A DNA stretch of 63,005 nt, filler included. It is 7 parts of 7 records of this genome, joined end to end, with 100 filler letters (N's around TTAATTAATTAA, not from the genome) between each part and the next. Parts side by side here need not be neighbours in the genome. Positions count along the whole stretch, not along the records: positions 49,409 to 63,005 come from SRR7504441_9973; 6 more parts are not named here. One strand, 5' to 3'. Under the pieces are notes generated by a model. The model was given only the letters and a program-made list of their open reading frames with translations, was not told where the DNA came from and did not search any database. Below, piece after piece: positions 59,548 to 63,005 of this stretch. The position numbers and the translations under genes were made by a program. The first letter of the stretch is position 1. Every line of letters starts with the position of its first letter.

Positions 59548-60834
59548 ATGACAGGTCGCGCGCTGCTCGTGCTGTCGGCCGTGCTGGGGTGCGCGGCCCG
59601 GCTGGAGACGGAGCTCGCGGCGCTGCGGGCGCGCCCGCCGGGCTGTGTGATGGGCGAGCTGACGGTGCGCGGCCCGGTGCTCCAGTTTGGGCTCCGGCTG
59701 CCCGGGTGTCCCCGGCCGGTCGCTCTGGAGCTGCGCATCCCGCCCGGCTACCCGCTGGCGGCCCCGGTGCCCCGTGCGCTGGTCGATCTGCCGGCGGTGG
59801 CCCGCAACGGCTCGCTTCTCCCGGCCGGCCGCTTCGGGCAGCTCTGGCGGGCAAGAGGCCGCGGGCTGGCCGCGGCGCTGGAGGCGGCCTGGCAGATGCT
59901 CGCGGCGCCGTCGGGTCTGCCGGTGGCCGCGCTCGGTCCGCTTTGGCGGCACAAGGGCTGGGGGGCGCTTGCTGACTTGCTGGACCCGCTGCCTGGCGGG
60001 GTGCAGCTGGCGGCGTTCGGGGAGTGGCAGCGGATCAGCCTGGAGGCGCTCCAGGGGCTGGCCCGGCCTAGCCCGGCCGAGTTGCTGGAGCTCCGGGTGC
60101 ACACGATGCTCGGCTATCGGATGCGCGATCGGGAGCTGTTGGAGCCGAGGCGCTGGGCGGCACCCGCAGGACACCCCGAGCCGGTGGCTGAAGGCGTTTT
60201 GGTGGTGCCGCTGCTGGCCGAGCCGCTGTGTGGCCGGGTGATGGCCGAAGTGGCCCGGTACCGAGAGTGGCTGCGGACAGAGGCCCGGGTGGTACCGGCT
60301 GAGATGATTGTCGACGCGCTCGGGCTGCAGCCAGTGATAGCCAAGCTGGCAAGTAGCGTGCTCATCGAGCTAATCCGCGGCCGGTTTGGTGGCTCTGCGG
60401 CTGTGGGCAGTCTGGACCAGAGTTATGGGTTTCTGCGCGAGTACACGACTGCTGAAGGGGTTGCAATGCACCAGGATTCTGCCGACTTTACGATCAACGC
60501 CGCGCTCACCGACCGGCGGCATTTCAACGGAAGCAGCCTCAGCTTGTGCGGCGAGTTTGGCTCCGATGACTACCGGCAGCATCTGGTGACGATTCCGATG
60601 GAGCAGATAAGACTGGGCGCGGCGGTGGTGCACTCTGGGTTGCGCCGGCATGGGGCTGAAGGCGTTACTGCTGGGCGCCGGATGCAGTTGGTCATCTGGC
60701 TCTCGAGCTCGCAATACAAAGACCCCGAGGCGGTCGACGTGCGCCCCGGGCGGTGGGAGAAGGCTCGGGTGCCCGATTCGATATGCATGTCGCCGGACGA
60801 TTATGATTTCATTCCGCATGATTTTCCATCATAG
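59548..60834 (+). CDS. 2OG-Fe(II) oxygenase (OGFOD2/PLOD-C-like) with an N-terminal UBC/UEV-like domain
   Basis: HxD in MHQDSADFTIN; GAAVVHSGLRRHGA; GRRMQLVIW; N-terminal RLETEL..IPPGYPLAAP. Confidence 0.83.
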   Translation: MTGRALLVLSAVLGCAARLETELAALRARPPGCVMGELTVRGPVLQFGLRLPGCPRPVALELRIPPGYPLAAPVPRALVDLPAVARNGSLLPAGRFGQLWRARGRGLAAALEAAWQMLAAPSGLPVAALGPLWRHKGWGALADLLDPLPGGVQLAAFGEWQRISLEALQGLARPSPAELLELRVHTMLGYRMRDRELLEPRRWAAPAGHPEPVAEGVLVVPLLAEPLCGRVMAEVARYREWLRTEARVVPAEMIVDALGLQPVIAKLASSVLIELIRGRFGGSAAVGSLDQSYGFLREYTTAEGVAMHQDSADFTINAALTDRRHFNGSSLSLCGEFGSDDYRQHLVTIPMEQIRLGAAVVHSGLRRHGAEGVTAGRRMQLVIWLSSSQYKDPEAVDVRPGRWEKARVPDSICMSPDDYDFIPHDFPS

Positions 60835-60971
60835 TTAAGCTTACATGTACTTAATAGGAATTCACTCCGCAGCCTGAGGTTGCATTTAGTATTGAAAGTA
60901 CGAATTGTACCGGTGTTCCCAATATAAAAACAGTTAAGCCGTAGATCTGCGGGGTAACACACCGGCCATAG

Positions 60972-61793
60972 ATGGACGAACAGCTTGTGAGCCGCCGGCA
61001 ACAGCCCACGAGGCGGTTTCCCGGCTGGGCGGCGGTGCAGTCGACGCTCGAGGCCGCGGCCACGAAGATTTTTCTAGCCGGCTTCTGCTGGCAGGCGGGG
61101 GCGCTCGTGTCCGGTCTGGGTAGCGAGTCGGTGGGATTTGCAGTGGCCTCGGGATCCGGCGACGCATTGGGGACCTTCGCTGGGCATCTGGTGCTGGTCT
61201 GCGCCCCAGTGTACTGGCGTGGCTGGGAGGGCTGGCGCAGTGTGCTGTGCGCCGGCGCGGTGGTCTCCACTGGCTCTCTGCTGTCGGGCACTGTGTGGCA
61301 GCCGATGGTCAACGGGCTGTCACGCGCCGGGCTGAGCTTCGAGGTAGGCATGCTGCTCACCGGCGCTGCGTGCGGGGCAGCCTTTTACACAGGCATCACT
61401 GCGGCAGCCCGCCTTCTGCGGCAGCCGCACGATCTCGTCAAGGACGCCACCTTGAGCACCGCGGTCGCTGGCGCAACGGCCGCCTTTGTGGGCACGGACA
61501 TGCGCTGGCACGGGAACTGGCTCCAGGCAGTTGTGGGCGAGCGGACCGGCTCCTCAGCGGCGCTCGATTGCTTCAAATCTGGATTGTCGACCTGCATTGG
61601 ATTCGTAGCTCTGCAACTGTTGCTAATCCTAGTCGTTCCATCTCGCTTTCTGTGGACAACGCCGCCGCCCGCAGCCACCACTGATGGCATAGGACCCGAG
61701 AGAGGGATAGAAGAGGCAACGGCTGAAGAGCACACCATTGGAATTACGAGTATTGCTCATTCGGCTCATTGTGTTGCAGCGGACCAAGAGTGA
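60972..61793 (+). CDS. Gly/Ala-rich multi-pass membrane protein of unknown function
   Basis: 273-aa ORF with about six hydrophobic segments and an internally repeated WQ motif. Confidence 0.7.
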   Translation: MDEQLVSRRQQPTRRFPGWAAVQSTLEAAATKIFLAGFCWQAGALVSGLGSESVGFAVASGSGDALGTFAGHLVLVCAPVYWRGWEGWRSVLCAGAVVSTGSLLSGTVWQPMVNGLSRAGLSFEVGMLLTGAACGAAFYTGITAAARLLRQPHDLVKDATLSTAVAGATAAFVGTDMRWHGNWLQAVVGERTGSSAALDCFKSGLSTCIGFVALQLLLILVVPSRFLWTTPPPAATTDGIGPERGIEEATAEEHTIGITSIAHSAHCVAADQE

Positions 61794-61945
61794 CATTTTT
61801 ACAGAGTTTTTTATGCTAAATGCTTTGAATGTGTATCATACGAGAAGCGTATTATTTCGGACTCAGTCACACATCACCTCAATTGTGCATAATAATGCTT
61901 ACACGATCAGCTACCAAACTATAATTGGGCCGAAGTATCGTATGA

Positions 61946-63005
61946 CTAGTTCAGTGCAGATTTGAAAAACCCGGCACGCTCGTACGCTTCGAGCTGTCGC
62001 ATGAAGCTATTGTTTGGCTGGGCCTGCGCCCTGCCCTGCTTGACTAGCTCGAGTGCCTCACGGATTCTGACGCCTTGCTTGGCTGCGATGTAACTGCAGA
62101 CCACAGCGCTTGACCGACTCTTGCCCTGCATGCAGTTGACGAGCGCCCCGCCGCCGGACTCGATGGCCTGGTCGATCGATCGGATCGCGTCGAGCAGTTG
62201 GTCTTGGTGGAGCTCCTGCTCCTCGCAATCCTGCCAGTCGAGATGGATCAGCCGGATCCCTGCTTGCTCGATCTGGTCGCACCGCCGGGCCCAATGCCGG
62301 ACGTACTGCCCCACGCCCATCGCGGTGTTGACAATCAGCTTTATATTGTTCTTGGCCAGCTCCTTGTCGTCCAGCAGGCACTTGAATCCACCATGGAACA
62401 ACCCACCGCGCGCGCCCGCGGCCGGCAGGATCTGCGAGGGTGCGCCCGCCGCCAGGTACTCGAGGGCCTCCTTGACCTGCCGCTCGTTCTTGACCGCATA
62501 CCGGTAGTATTGTGTGATGAGCTTGAACCCGCCGTCCATACCCTTGTGCTTCCACCGGTTGTGCCCCCGGAAGATCGGGTATGGGTGCTCCCCGCTGAAG
62601 GTCAGCTGCTTCCAGTCGCTCCCATCCGGGTCGGTGATCGCCTCGGACAGCTGCTGGAGCCGGGCGTGCAGCTGCTCCATATTAGCCACGCCCTCCAGCG
62701 CGGGATCGGCGTTCACATCGTCTAGATAGTGCCGGGGCAGGTCGATCTGCGCGGCCACCGCCGTCAGGTTGGCCTCGAGCTGGGCCGAGAGTGCACGCTC
62801 CTCCGGCTTGGGCGGCCCGGGCAGCTCCGCCGGCACCTCCGGCTCGTCGCCGGACTTAGCTGGTGCAGGTGCGTTGGCTGGCGGGTTGGCCTGCTGCTCG
62901 GCCCACTTGCGGTGGAGGTGGAGCAGAGTGGGCTTGCCCTGCGGCCCGGGTGAGCTAAGCGCAGGGGGCGGGGCACCGGGCAGGCGTCCACCTTGCTCTT
63001 GGGCA
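61946..63005 (-). CDS. Dual-specificity protein phosphatase (5' end beyond the window; candidate intron 62939-62991)
   Basis: Catalytic loop LVNCMQGKSRS; AQPNNSFMRQL. Confidence 0.9.
   Translation of the reverse strand, partial: AQEQGGRLPGAPPPALSSPGPQGKPTLLHLHRKWAEQQANPPANAPAPAKSGDEPEVPAELPGPPKPEERALSAQLEANLTAVAAQIDLPRHYLDDVNADPALEGVANMEQLHARLQQLSEAITDPDGSDWKQLTFSGEHPYPIFRGHNRWKHKGMDGGFKLITQYYRYAVKNERQVKEALEYLAAGAPSQILPAAGARGGLFHGGFKCLLDDKELAKNNIKLIVNTAMGVGQYVRHWARRCDQIEQAGIRLIHLDWQDCEEQELHQDQLLDAIRSIDQAIESGGGALVNCMQGKSRSSAVVCSYIAAKQGVRIREALELVKQGRAQAQPNNSFMRQLEAYERAGFFKSALN

Overview
This window is not one locus. It is seven unrelated contigs joined by artificial 100-bp spacers (N44-TTAATTAATTAA-N44), so adjacency across spacers has no meaning. 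Six contigs are GC-rich nuclear DNA of a gene-dense unicellular eukaryote. They have short spliceosomal introns (mostly 37-44 nt, some GC-AG), divergent gene pairs only 54-95 bp apart, and a TACATGTA palindrome recurring near gene 3' ends. Recognisable genes include an ABCC transporter, PPIL4, ARP5, a divergent TOR, a DeSI/PPPDE peptidase, a TMEM163-like transporter, a SNAP-like protein and a dual-specificity phosphatase. One contig (37410-49308) is AT-rich, standard-code protist mitochondrial DNA carrying rnl, a probable rrn5, six tRNAs, rps2/7/11/13, rpl5/14, nad2/3/4, tatC and one unknown ORF. The most striking item is a stop-free 1134-aa ORF (22937-26341, 5' truncated) that fuses a Pls/PosA-type NRPS terminal domain, a CEPT-like CDP-alcohol phosphotransferase and an LRAT/PPPDE-like His-Cys domain. 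Other unusual architectures: TOR with an EF-hand insertion, an EST1 plus Regnase-type nuclease, a pore-only polycystin, a UEV plus 2OG-oxygenase, a giant chorein-N-like membrane protein and a 12-aa-repeat protein. All family assignments come from motif recognition by eye; no searches were run.
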